A stretch of DNA of 64,000 bases, from NCBI GenBank assembly GCA_964016885.1, contig OZ024741.1, positions 17,794,001 to 17,858,000 of the forward strand, read 5' to 3'. Both the position numbers and the translations under genes were made by a program. Of the stretch, positions 11,655 through 25,000 are shown piece by piece (the first letter of the stretch is position 1; the number at the start of each line of letters is the position of its first letter). The DNA is from Eledone cirrhosa. Its lineage: Eukaryota. The notes under the pieces are model-generated. The model ran no database searches, was not told where the DNA came from, and worked only from the letters and a program-made list of their open reading frames with translations.

Positions 11655-11775
11655 TTTCATTAGCGAACATTTAGTGATCGATAAAGTAGAGCACCAGTTA
11701 TGTAATGGGGTCGATATAATCACATTTCTCCTTATTCCTAAGTGGTAGCCTTGTGTCTGAATTGTAAACCATTTA
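11655..11775 (+). mobile_element. Old diverged copy of the same SINE (3' half)
   Basis: gatcgataaagtagagcaccagtt..tggggtcgatataatc..gccttgtgtctgaattgtaaacc parallels the copies at 7.3 and 7.7 kb. Confidence 0.6.
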
Positions 11776-11784
11776 ATCATTACC

Positions 11785-12113
11785 GTTGTTGTTGTTGTTG
11801 TTGGAGATGATGATGATGGTGGTGGTGGTGACGGTGAGGATGGTGATGGTGAGGATGATGGTGGCGATGGTGAGGATGATGGTGGCGATAATGATGATAA
11901 TGAGGATGAGGAGGAGGAGAATGAGGAGGAGGAAGATGATTATGATGATGATGATGATGACGATAATGATGGTGATGATGGTGATGATGGTGATGATGAT
12001 GATGGGGGTGATGGTGATGGTGATGATGATGATGATGGTGGTGATGGTGGTGATGGTGGTGATGGTGGTGATGGTGGCGATGATGATGATAATGATGATG
12101 GTGATGATGATAG

Positions 12114-12145
<32 letters not shown>

Positions 12146-12215
12146 GTGGTGATGATGATGATGATGGTGATGATGATTGCGATGATGATGATGGCGATGA
12201 TGATGATGATGGTGG

Positions 12216-12259
<44 letters not shown>

Positions 12260-12410
12260 GTGATTATGATGACGACGACGACGATAATGATGATGATGAT
12301 GATGGCGATGATGGTGATGATGGTGATTATGATGGTGATTATGATGGTGATGATGATGGTGATTATGATGACGACGATGACGACGACGATGATGATGATG
12401 ATGATGATAT
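11785..12410 (+). repeat. Long compound trinucleotide repeat (GAT/GGT/GAG/GAC)n
   Basis: Direct reading; source of the poly-M/H/I ORFs. Confidence 0.95.
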
Positions 12411-12734
12411 CGTTGCTGGTGGTATTTGCCGTGTACACATATTTTCACATATATTCTTTCAGGAAATATTTATAGAAAATAAATATAATAAATTTTTATC
12501 TCGTTAAACTTGCAGAAAAAGAAAGTAGTATTGGAAAGCACTATAAATGCCATAAATGTGAAGGAAATGGGGGGTGGGGTGGCAAGGACTACTAGACAAA
12601 GGAATAACTGATATTTCAAATGTTGAACTGATGTTAACTTATTGGATGCTAACATACTTTAAATATTCAAATTTGCTCAACGTTTTGTTTCTGTTCTTTT
12701 CAACAACAATGAGTTTCGGAATATATAAATATAC

Positions 12735-13042
12735 ACTGTGGTAGAATATTTAAATATTTAAATATTTACTGTGGTAGAATATTTAAATATTTACTGTGGT
12801 AGAATATTTAGATATTTACTGTAGCAGAATATTTAAATATTTACTGTGGTAGAATATTTAAATATTTACTGTGGTAGAATATTTAGATATTTACTGTGGT
12901 CGAATATTTAAATATTTAAATATTTACTGTGGTCGAATATTTAGATATTTACTGTGGTCGAATATTTAAATATTTAAATATTTACTGTGGTAGAATATTT
13001 AAATATTTACTGTGGTAGAATATTTAAATATTTACTGTGATA
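12735..13042 (+). repeat. Minisatellite, 25-bp unit ACTGTGGTAGAATATTTAAATATTT (33 bp when AAATATTT is doubled), 12 unit starts
   Basis: Starts at 12735, 12768, 12793, 12818, 12843, 12868, 12893, 12926, 12951, 12984, 13009, 13034. Confidence 0.95.
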
Positions 13043-13174
13043 GAAGAAGAAGAAGAAGAAGAAGAAGAAGAAGAAGAAGAAGAAGAAGAAGAAGAAGAAG
13101 AAGAAGAAGAAGAAGAAGAAGAAGAAGAAGAAGAAGAAGAAGAAGAAGAAGAAGAAGAAGAAGAAGAAGAAGAA
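13043..13174 (+). repeat. Pure (GAA)n, about 44 copies
   Basis: Direct reading. Confidence 0.98.
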
Positions 13175-13792
13175 TTATATACCCAGACCGATATAATTTA
13201 ACAAGTAGAAACAATGACCAAAAGTGCCAGCACAAACAACAACAACAACAACTCCTCATTTGAAAGGTTTGTAGGTGACAAGAAGCTCCCTAATGGGGGC
13301 CAGAAGAGAACCCGTGGATGATGTGAAGGAGAAGAATTGGAGCAAAAAGAGTAATTGGACGAGACACATTACAAAAGGAAACATCTCCTTGGCTGCCAAA
13401 TTTATCAGGGAATAATTGAGTATTTTATTCCATTAAATATAGATGACTTCCATATACCAGAGAGAGAAGAGCTGGAGGAACGACTGGTTGATGTGAAACA
13501 GGATGTGTGATTCATCGACTGAGAAAGGGAATATAGAATTGTATGGTTTTAATACAGGGTGTTAGACAAGGATGTAGATAGTGTTAGTGCGCTCAATATA
13601 CACACTGAGGCCGTTACCACAGTATATGGGGCCTGAAATACGAGGATCATAGCCAAAGATTCTGTTGTTAATACTTGGTCTATTTATTTGTGAACCTTTA
13701 GAATATTGTGCTTTGTATTGTATATATGGGCCTCTGTGGCCAATTGAGACGGTTATTTTTATTACTAATATTTTTATTATTATTGTGAGTTA

Positions 13793-13934
13793 GGGGTGGT
13801 GGATTGGCACAATCAATAGAGCGTCGAACAAATGCTTAACAGTATTTGTTCCGTTACTCTTTACGTTCTGGGTTCAAATCTCGCCAACGTTAGCCATGCC
13901 TTTCATTCTTGCGGAGTCAATAATATAAAATACT
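13793..13934 (+). mobile_element. 5' part of tRNA-derived SINE running directly into the satellite
   Basis: A-box-like ttggcacaatc, aaatgcttaacagtattt, tttacgttctg, B-box ggttcaaatc 13871-13880, core atgcctttcattcttgcggagtcaataatataaaatac; colinear with the SINE at 7630-7800. Confidence 0.85.
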
Positions 13935-16075
13935 GGGGTAGATAATATATAACACTTGGGTAGATAATATATAACACTGGGGTAGATAATATATAACACT
14001 GGGGTAGATAATATATAATACTGGGGTAGATAATATATAACACTTGGGTAGATAATATATAATACTGGGGTAGATAATATATAACACTGGGGTAGATAAT
14101 ATATAATACTGGGGTAGATAATATATAACACTGGGGTAGATAATATATAATACTGGGGTAGATAATATATAACACTGGGGTAGATAATATATAATACTGG
14201 GGTAGATAATATATAATACTGGGGTAGATAATATATAACACTGGGGTAGATAATATATAATACTGGGGTAGATAATATATAATACTGGGGTAGATAATAT
14301 ATAACACTTGGGTAGATAATATATAATACTGGGGTAGATAATATATAACACTGGGGTAGATAATATATAATACTGGGGTAGATAATATATAACACTTGGG
14401 TAGATAATATATAATACTGGGGTAGATAATATATAATACTGGGGTAGATAATATATAACACTGGGGTAGATAATATATAATACTGGGGTAGATAATATAT
14501 AATACTGGGGTAGATAATATATAACACTGGGGTAGATAATATATAATACTGGGGTAGATAATATATAATACTGGGGTAGATAATATATAATACTGGGGTA
14601 GATAATATATAACACTGGGGTAGATAATATATAATACTGGGGTAGATAATATATAATACTGGGGTAGATAATATATAACACTTGGGTAGATAATATATAA
14701 TACTGGGGTAGATAATATATAATACTGGGGTAGATAATATATAACACTGGGGTAGATAATATATAATACTGGGGTAGATAATATATAATACTGGGGTAGA
14801 TAATATATAACACTGGGGTAGATAATATATAATACTGGGGTAGATAATATATAATACTGGGGTAGATAATATATAATACTGGGGTAGATAATATATAACA
14901 CTTGGGGAGATAATAAAAATACTGGGGTAGATAATATATAATACTGGGGTAGATAATATATAACACTGGGGTAGATAATATATGATACTGGGGTAGATAA
15001 TATATAACACTTGGGGAGATAATATAAAATACTGGGGTAGATAATATATAATACTGGGGTAGATAATATATAACACTTGGGTAGATATTATAAAATACTT
15101 GGGTAGATAATATATAACACTGGGGTAGATAATATATAACACTGGGGTAGATAATAATATAATACTGGGGTAGATAATATATAATACTGGGGTAGATAAT
15201 ATATAACATTTGGGTAGATATTATAAAATACTTGGGTAGATAATATATAACACTGGGGTAGATAATATATAATACTGGGGTAGATAATATATAACACTGG
15301 GGTAGATAATATAAAATACTTGGGTAGATAATATATAATACTGGGGTAGATAATATATAACACTGGGGTAGATAATATATAACACTGGGGTAGATAATAT
15401 ATAATACTGGGGGAGATAATATATAACACTAGGGTAGATAATATATAATACTGGGGTAGATAATATAAAATACTGGGGTAGATAATATAAAATACTGGGG
15501 TAGATAATATATAATACTGGGATAGATAATATAAAATACTGGGGTAGATAATATATAATACTGGGATAGATAATATATAACACTGGGGTAGATAATATAT
15601 AACACTCGGGAGACATTATATAACACTGGGGTAGATAATATATAACACTGGGGTAGATAATATATAACACTGGAGTAGATAATATATAATACTGGGGTAG
15701 ATAATATATAACACTGGGATAGATAATATATAATACTGGGGTAGATAATATAAAATACTGGGGTAGATAATATATAATACTGGGGTAGATAATATAAAAT
15801 ACTGGGGTAGATAATATATAACACTGGGGTAGATGATATATAACACTGGGGTAGATAATATATAATACTGGGGAAGATATTATATAATACTGGGGTAGAT
15901 AATATATAACACTGGGGGAGATATTATATAATACTGGGGGGAGATATTATATAATACTGGGGTAGAAAATATATAATACTGGGGTAGATAATATATAACA
16001 CTGGGGGGAGATATTATATAATACTGGAGGAGATAATATATAATACTGGGGTAGATAATATATAACACTGGGGTA

Positions 16076-19000
16076 GATAATAAATAACACTGGGGTAGAT
16101 AATATATAATACTGGGGTAGATAATATATAATACGGGGTAGATAATATATAACACTGGGGGAGATAATATATATCACTGGGGGAGATATTATATAATACT
16201 GGGGTAGATATAACACTGGGGGAGATATTATATAACACTGGGGGAGATAATATATAACACTTGGGTAGATAATATATAATACTGGGGTAGATAATATATA
16301 ATACTGGGGTAGATACTATATAACACTGGGGGAGATAATATATAATACTGGGGTAGATAAAATATAATACTGGGGTAGATAATATATAACACTGGGGTAG
16401 ATAATATATAACACTGGGGGAGATATTATATAATGCTGGGGTAGATAATATATAGCACTGGGGGGGGGATATTATATAATACTGGGGGGGGGGGGATATT
16501 ATATAATACTGGGGTAGATAATATATAACACTGGGGTAGATAATATATAATACTGGGGGAGATATTATATAATACTGGGTTAGATAATGTATAACACTGG
16601 GGGGAGATATTATATAATACTGGGGGGAGATATATAATACTGGGGTAGAAAATATATAATACTGGGGTAGATAATATATAACACTGGGGGAGATATTATA
16701 TAATACTGGGGGAGATAATATATAATACTGGGGTAGATAATATATAACACCGGGGTAGATAAGAAATAACACTGGGGTAGATAATATATAATACTGGGGT
16801 AGATAATATATAATACGGGGTAGAAAATATATAACACTGGGGTAGATAATATTTAACACTGGGGGAGATATTATATAATACTGGGGTAGATATAACACTG
16901 GGAGAGATATTATATAACACTGGGGGAGATAATATATAATACTGGAGTAGATAATATATAATACTGTGGTAAATATAATATATAACACTGGGGTAGATCA
17001 TATAAAACACTGGGGTAGATAATATATAATACTCGGAGAGATAATATAATACTGGGGTAGATAATATATAATACTGGGGTAGATAATATAAATCACTGTG
17101 GTAGATAATATATAATACTGGGGGAGATAATATATAACACTGGGGTAGATAATATAAAACACTAGGGTAGATAATATATAATACTGGGGGAGATAATATA
17201 TATTACTGGGGTAGATAATATATAACACTGGGGGAGATATTATATAACACTGGGGTAGATAATATATAACACTGTGGTAGATAATCTATAATACTGGGGT
17301 AGATAATATATAACACTGGGATAGATAATATATAATACTGGGGTAGATAATATAAAATACTGGGGTAGATAATATATAATACTGGTGTAGATAATATAAA
17401 ATACTGGGGTAGATAATATATAATACTGGGGTAGATAATATATAAAACTGGGGTAGTTAATATATAACACTGCGGTAGATAATATATAATACTGGGGTAG
17501 ATAATATATAACACTGGGGAAGATAATATATATCACTGGGGTAGATAATATATAATACTGGGGTAGATAATATTTAACACTGGGGTAGATAATGTATGAC
17601 ACTTGGCTAGATAATATATAATATTGGGGTAGATAATATATAACACTGGGGTAGATAATATATAACACTGGGGTAGTTAATATATAATACTGGGATAGAT
17701 AATATATAACACTGGGGTAGATAATATATAACACTGGGGTAGATAATATATAACACTGGAATAGATAATATATAACACTGGGATAGGTAATATAAAACAC
17801 TGGGGTAGATATTATATAATACTGGGGTTGATAATAGATAACACTAGGGTAGATAATATATAACACTGGGATAGATACTATATAATACTGGGGTAGATAA
17901 TATAAAATACCGGGGTAGATAATATATACTACTGGGGAAGATAATATATAATACTGGGGTAGATAATATATAACACTGGGGTAGATAATATATAATACTG
18001 GGGTAGATAATATATAACACTGGGATAGATAATATATAACACTGTCGTAGATATTATATAACACTGGGGGAGATAAAATATAATACTGGGGTTGATAATA
18101 TAAAATACTGGGGTCGATAATATATAACACTAGGGGAGATATTATATAATAGTGGGGTAGATAATATATAATACTGCGGTAGATAATATATAATACTGGG
18201 GTAGATAATATAAAATACTGGGGTAGATAATATATAACACTGAGGAAGATAATATATAATACTGGGGTAGATAATATATAATACTGGTGTAGATAATATA
18301 AAATACTGGGGTAGATAATATATAATACTGGGGTAGATAATATATAAAACTGGGGTAGTTAATATATAACACTGCGGTAGATAATATATAATACTGGGGT
18401 AGATAATATATAACACTGGGGAAGATAATATATATCACTGGGGTAGATAATATATAATACTGGGGTAGATAATATTTAACACTGGGGTAGATAATGTATG
18501 ACACTTGGCTAGATAATATATAATATTGGGGTAGATAATATATAACACTGGGGTAGATAATATATAACACTGGGGTAGTTAATATATAATACTGGGATAG
18601 ATAATATATAACACTGGGGTAGATAATATATAACACTGGGGTAGATAATATATAACACTGGAATAGATAATATATAACACTGGGATAGGTAATATAAAAC
18701 ACTGGGGTAGATATTATATAATACTGGGGTTGATAATAGATAACACTAGGGTAGATAATATATAACACTGGGATAGATACTATATAATACTGGGGTAGAT
18801 AATATAAAATACCGGGGTAGATAATATATACTACTGGGGAAGATAATATATAATACTGGGGTAGATAATATATAACACTGGGGTAGATAATATATAATAC
18901 TGGGGTAGATAATATATAACACTGGGATAGATAATATATAACACTGTCGTAGATATTATATAACACTGGGGGAGATAAAATATAATACTGGGGTTGATAA

Positions 19001-22000
19001 TATAAAATACTGGGGTCGATAATATATAACACTAGGGGAGATATTATATAATAGTGGGGTAGATAATATATAATACTGCGGTAGATAATATATAATACTG
19101 GGGTAGATAATATAAAATACTGGGGTAGATAATATATAACACTGAGGAAGATAATATATAATACTGGGGTAGATAATATATAATACTGGGGTAGATAATA
19201 TATAACACTGGGGTAGATGATATATAACACTGGGGTAGATAATATATAACACTGGGGGGAGATATTATATAATACTGGGGTAGATAATATATAATAATGG
19301 GGTAGATAATATAAAACACTGGGGTAGATAATATACAATACTGGGATAGATAATATATAATACTGGGGTAGATAATATATAACACTGGAGTAAATATTAT
19401 ATAACACTGGGGGAGATAATATATAATACTGGGGTTGATAATATAAAATACTGGGGTAGATAATATAAAATACTGGGGTAGATAATATATAAAAACTAGG
19501 GTAGATAATATATAACACTTGGGTAGATAATATATAATACTGGGGTAGATAATATAAAATACTGGGGTAGATAATATATAACACTAGGGTAGATAATATA
19601 TAACACTTGGGTAGATAATATATAATACTGGGGTAGATAATATAAAACACTGGGGTAGATACTATATAACACTGGGGGAGATAATATATAATACTGGGGT
19701 AGATAAAATATAATACTTGGGTAGATAATATATAACACAGGGGTAGATAATATATAACACGGGGAGATATTATATAATGCTGGGGTAGATAATATATAAC
19801 ACTGGGGGGGGAGATATTATATAATACTGGGGTAGATAATATATAACACTGGGGTAGATAATATATAATACTGGGAAGAGATATTATATAATACTGGGTT
19901 AGATAATATATAACACTGGGGGAGATATTATATAATACTGGGGGGAGATATATAATACTGGGGTAGAAAATATATAGTACTGGGGTAGATAATATATAAC
20001 ACTGGGGTAGATATTATATAATACTGGGGGAGATAATATATAATACTGGGGTAGATAATATATAACACTGGGGTAGATAAGAAATAACACTGGGGTAGAT
20101 AATATATAATACTGGGGTAGATAATATTTAATACGGGGTAGAAAATATATAACACTGGGGTAGATAATATATAACACTGGGGGAGATATTATATAATACT
20201 GGGGTAGATATAACACTGGGAGAGATATTATATAACACTGGGGGAGATAATATATAATACTGGAGTAGATAATATATAATACTGTGGGAAATATAATATA
20301 TAACACTGGGGTAGATAATATAAAACATGGGGTAGATAATATATAATACTCGGGGAGATAATATAATACTGGTGTAGATAATATATAATACTGGGGTAGA
20401 TAATATAAATCACTGTGGTAGATAATATATAATACTGGAGGAGATAATATATAACACTGGGGTAGATAATATAAAACACTAGGGTAGATAATATATATTA
20501 CTGGGGTAGATAATATATAACACTGGAGGAGATATTATATAACACTGGGGTCGATAATATATAACACTGGGGAAGATAATATATAACACTGTGGTAGATA
20601 ATATATAATACTGGGGTAGATAATATATAACACTGGGATAGATAATATATAATACTGGGGTAGATAATATAAAATACTGGGGTAGATAATATATAATACT
20701 GGGGTAGATAATATAAAATACTGGGGTAGATAATATATAATACTGGGGTAGATAATATATAAAACTGCGGTAGATAATATATAACACTGGGGTAGATAAT
20801 ATATAACACTGGGGTAGATAATATATAATACTGGGGTAGGTAATATATAACACTGGGGAAGATAATATATATCACTGGGGTAGATAATATATAATACTGG
20901 GGTAGATAATATATAACACTGGGGTAGATAATGTATAACACTTGGCTAGATAATATATAATATGGGGTAGATAATATATAACACTGGGGTAGATAATATA
21001 TAACACTGGTGTAGATAATATATAATACTGGGGTAGATAATATATAACACTGGGATAGATAATATATAATACTGGGGTACATAATATGTAATACTGGGGT
21101 AGATAATATATAACACTGGGGTAGATAATATATAATACTGGGGTAGATAATATATAACACTGGGATAGATAATATATAACACTGGCGTAGATATTATATA
21201 ACACTGGGGGAGATAAAATATAATACTGGGGTTGATAATATAAAATACTGGGGTCGATAATATAAAATACTGGGGTAGATAATATATAACATTAGGGTAG
21301 ATAATATATAACACTTGGGTAGATAATATATAATACTGGGGTAGATAATATATAATACTGGGGGAGATATTATATAATAGTGGGGTAGATAATATATAAT
21401 ACTGCGGTAGATAATATATAATACTGGGGTAGATAATATATAATACTGGGGTAGATAATATAAAATACTGGGGTAGATAATATATAACACTGGGGGAGAT
21501 AATATATAATACTGGGGTAGATAATATATAATACTGGGGTAGATAATATATAACACTGGGGTAGATGATATATAACACTGGGGTAGATAATATCTAATAC
21601 TGGGGGGAGATATTATATAATACTGGGGTAGATAATATATAACACTGGGGGAGATATTATATAATACTGGGGGAGATATTATATAATACTGGGGTAGAAA
21701 ATATATAATACTGGGGTAGATAATATATAACACTGGGGGGGAGATATTATATAATACTGGGGGAGATAATATATAATACTGGGGTAGATAATATATAACA
21801 CTGGGGTAGATAATATATAATACGGGGTAGATAATATATAACACTGGGGTAGATAATATATATCACTGGGGGAGATATTATATAATACTGGGGTAGATAT
21901 AACACTGGGGGAGATATTATATAACACTGGGGGAGATAATATATAACACTTGGGTAGATAATATATAATACTGGGGTAGATAATATAAAATACTGGGGTA

Positions 22001-25000
22001 GATACTATATAACACTGGGGGAGATAATATATAATACTGGGGTAGATAAAATATAATACTGGGGTAGATAATATATAACACTGGGGTAGATAATATATAA
22101 CACTGGGGGAGATATTATATAATGCTGGGGTAGATAATATATAACACGGGGGGGGGGGAGATATTATATAATACTGGGGGGGGGGATATTATATAATACT
22201 GGGGTAGATAATATATAACACTGGGGTAGATAATATATAATACTGGGGGAGATATTATATAATACTGGGGGGAGATATATAATACTGGGGTAGAAAATAT
22301 ATAATACTGGGATAGAGAATATATAACACTGGGGGAGATATTATATAATACTGGGGGAGATAATATATAATAATGGGGTAGATAATATATAACACTGGGG
22401 TAGATAAGAAATAACACTGGGGTAGATAATATATAATACTGGGGTAGATAATATATAATACGGGGAAGAAAATATATAACACTGGGGTAGATAATATATA
22501 ACACTGGGGGAGATATTATATAATACTGGGGTAGATATAACACTGGGAGAGATAATATAAAATACTGGAGTAGATAATATATAATACTGTGGTAAATATA
22601 ATATATAACACTGGGGTAGATAATATAAAACACTGGGGTAGATAATATATAATACTCGGGGAGATAATATAATTATGGGGTAGATAATATATAATACTGG
22701 GGTAGATAATATAAATCACTGTGGTAGATAATATATAATACTGGGGGAGATAATATATAACACTGGGGTAGATAATATAAAACACTAGGGTAGATAATAT
22801 ATAATACTGGGGGAGATAATATATATTACTGGGGTAGATAATATATAACACTGGGGGAGATATTATATAACACGGGGGTCGATAATATATAACACTGGGG
22901 TAGATAATATATAACACTGTGGTAGATAATCTATAATACTGGGGTAGATAATATATAACACTGGGATAGATAATATATAATATTGGGGTAGATAATATAG
23001 AATACTGGGGTAGATAATATATAATACTGGGGTAGATAATATAAAATACTAGGGTAGATAATATATAATACTGGGGTAGATAATATATAAAACTGGGGTA
23101 GATAATAAATAACACTGGGGTAGATAATATATAATACTGGGGTAGATAATATATAATACGGGGTAGATAATATATAACACTGGGGGAGATAATATATATC
23201 ACTGGGGGAGATATTATATAATACTGGGGTAGATATAACACTGGGGGAGATATTATATAACACTGGGGGAGATAATATATAACACTTGGGTAGATAATAT
23301 ATAATACTGGGGTAGATAATATATAATACTGGGGTAGATACTATATAACACTGGGGGAGATAATATATAATACTGGGGTAGATAAAATATAATACTGGGG
23401 TAGATAATATATAACACTGGGGTAGATAATATATAACACTGGGGGAGATATTATATAATGCTGGGGTAGATAATATATAGCACTGGGGGGGGGGGGGATA
23501 TTATATAATACTGGGGGGGGGGATATTATATAATACTGGGGTAGATAATATATAACACTGGGGTAGATAATATATAATACTGGGGGAGATATTATATAAT
23601 ACTGGGTTAGATAATGTATAACACTGGGGGGAGATATTATATAATACTGGGGGGAGATATATAATACTGGGGTAGAAAATATATAATACTGGGGTAGATA
23701 ATATATAACACTGGGGGAGATATTATATAATACTGGGGGAGATAATATATAATACTGGGGTAGATAATATATAACACCGGGGTAGATAAGAAATAACACT
23801 GGGGTAGATAATATATAATACTGGGGTAGATAATATATAATACGGGGTAGAAAATATATAACACTGGGGTAGATAATATTTAACACTGGGGGAGATATTA
23901 TATAATACTGGGGTAGATATAACACTGGGAGAGATATTATATAACACTGGGGGAGATAATATATAATACTGGAGTAGATAATATATAATACTGTGGTAAA
24001 TATAATATATAACACTGGGGTAGATCATATAAAACACTGGGGTAGATAATATATAATACTCGGAGAGATAATATAATACTGGGGTAGATAATATATAATA
24101 CTGGGGTAGATAATATAAATCACTGTGGTAGATAATATATAATACTGGGGGAGATAATATATAACACTGGGGTAGATAATATAAAACACTAGGGTAGATA
24201 ATATATAATACTGGGGGAGATAATATATATTACTGGGGTAGATAATATATAACACTGGGGGAGATATTATATAACACTGGGGTAGATAATATATAACACT
24301 GTGGTAGATAATCTATAATACTGGGGTAGATAATATATAACACTGGGATACATAATATATAATACTGGGGTAGATAATATAAAATTCTGGGGTAGATAAT
24401 ATATAATACTGGTGTAGATAATATAAAATACTGGGGTAGATAATATATAATACTGGGGTAGATAATATATAAAACTGGGGTAGTTAATATATAACACTGC
24501 GGTAGATAATATATAATACTGGGGTAGATAATATATAACACTGGGGAAGATAATATATATCACTGGGGTAGATAATATATAATACTGGGGTAGATAATAT
24601 TTAACACTGGGGTAGATAATGTATGACACTTGGCTAGATAATATATAATATTGGGGTAGATAATATATAACACTGGGGTAGATAATATATAACACTGGGG
24701 TAGTTAATATATAATACTGGGATAGATAATATATAACACTGGGGTAGATAATATATAACACTGGGGTAGATAATATATAACACTGGAATAGATAATATAT
24801 AACACTGGGATAGGTAATATAAAACACTGGGGTAGATATTATATAATACTGGGGTTGATAATATATAACACTAGGGTAGATAATATATAACACTGGGATA
24901 GATACTATATAATACTGGGGTAGATAATATAAAATACCGGGGTAGATAATATATACTACTGGGGAAGATAATATATAATACTGGGGTAGATAATATATAA

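Noticed and set aside
11773-12475. Poly-His/Met/Ile ORFs
   Set aside because: Translations of a (GAT)n compound microsatellite.
13260-13530. Possible highly decayed RTE 3' fragment (..KKSNWTRHI..)
   Set aside because: Only one vague motif; not supportable by eye.
13865-13885. tRNA gene suggested by B-box ggttcaaatc (also at 7686)
   Set aside because: No cloverleaf; it is the tRNA-derived head of a SINE.
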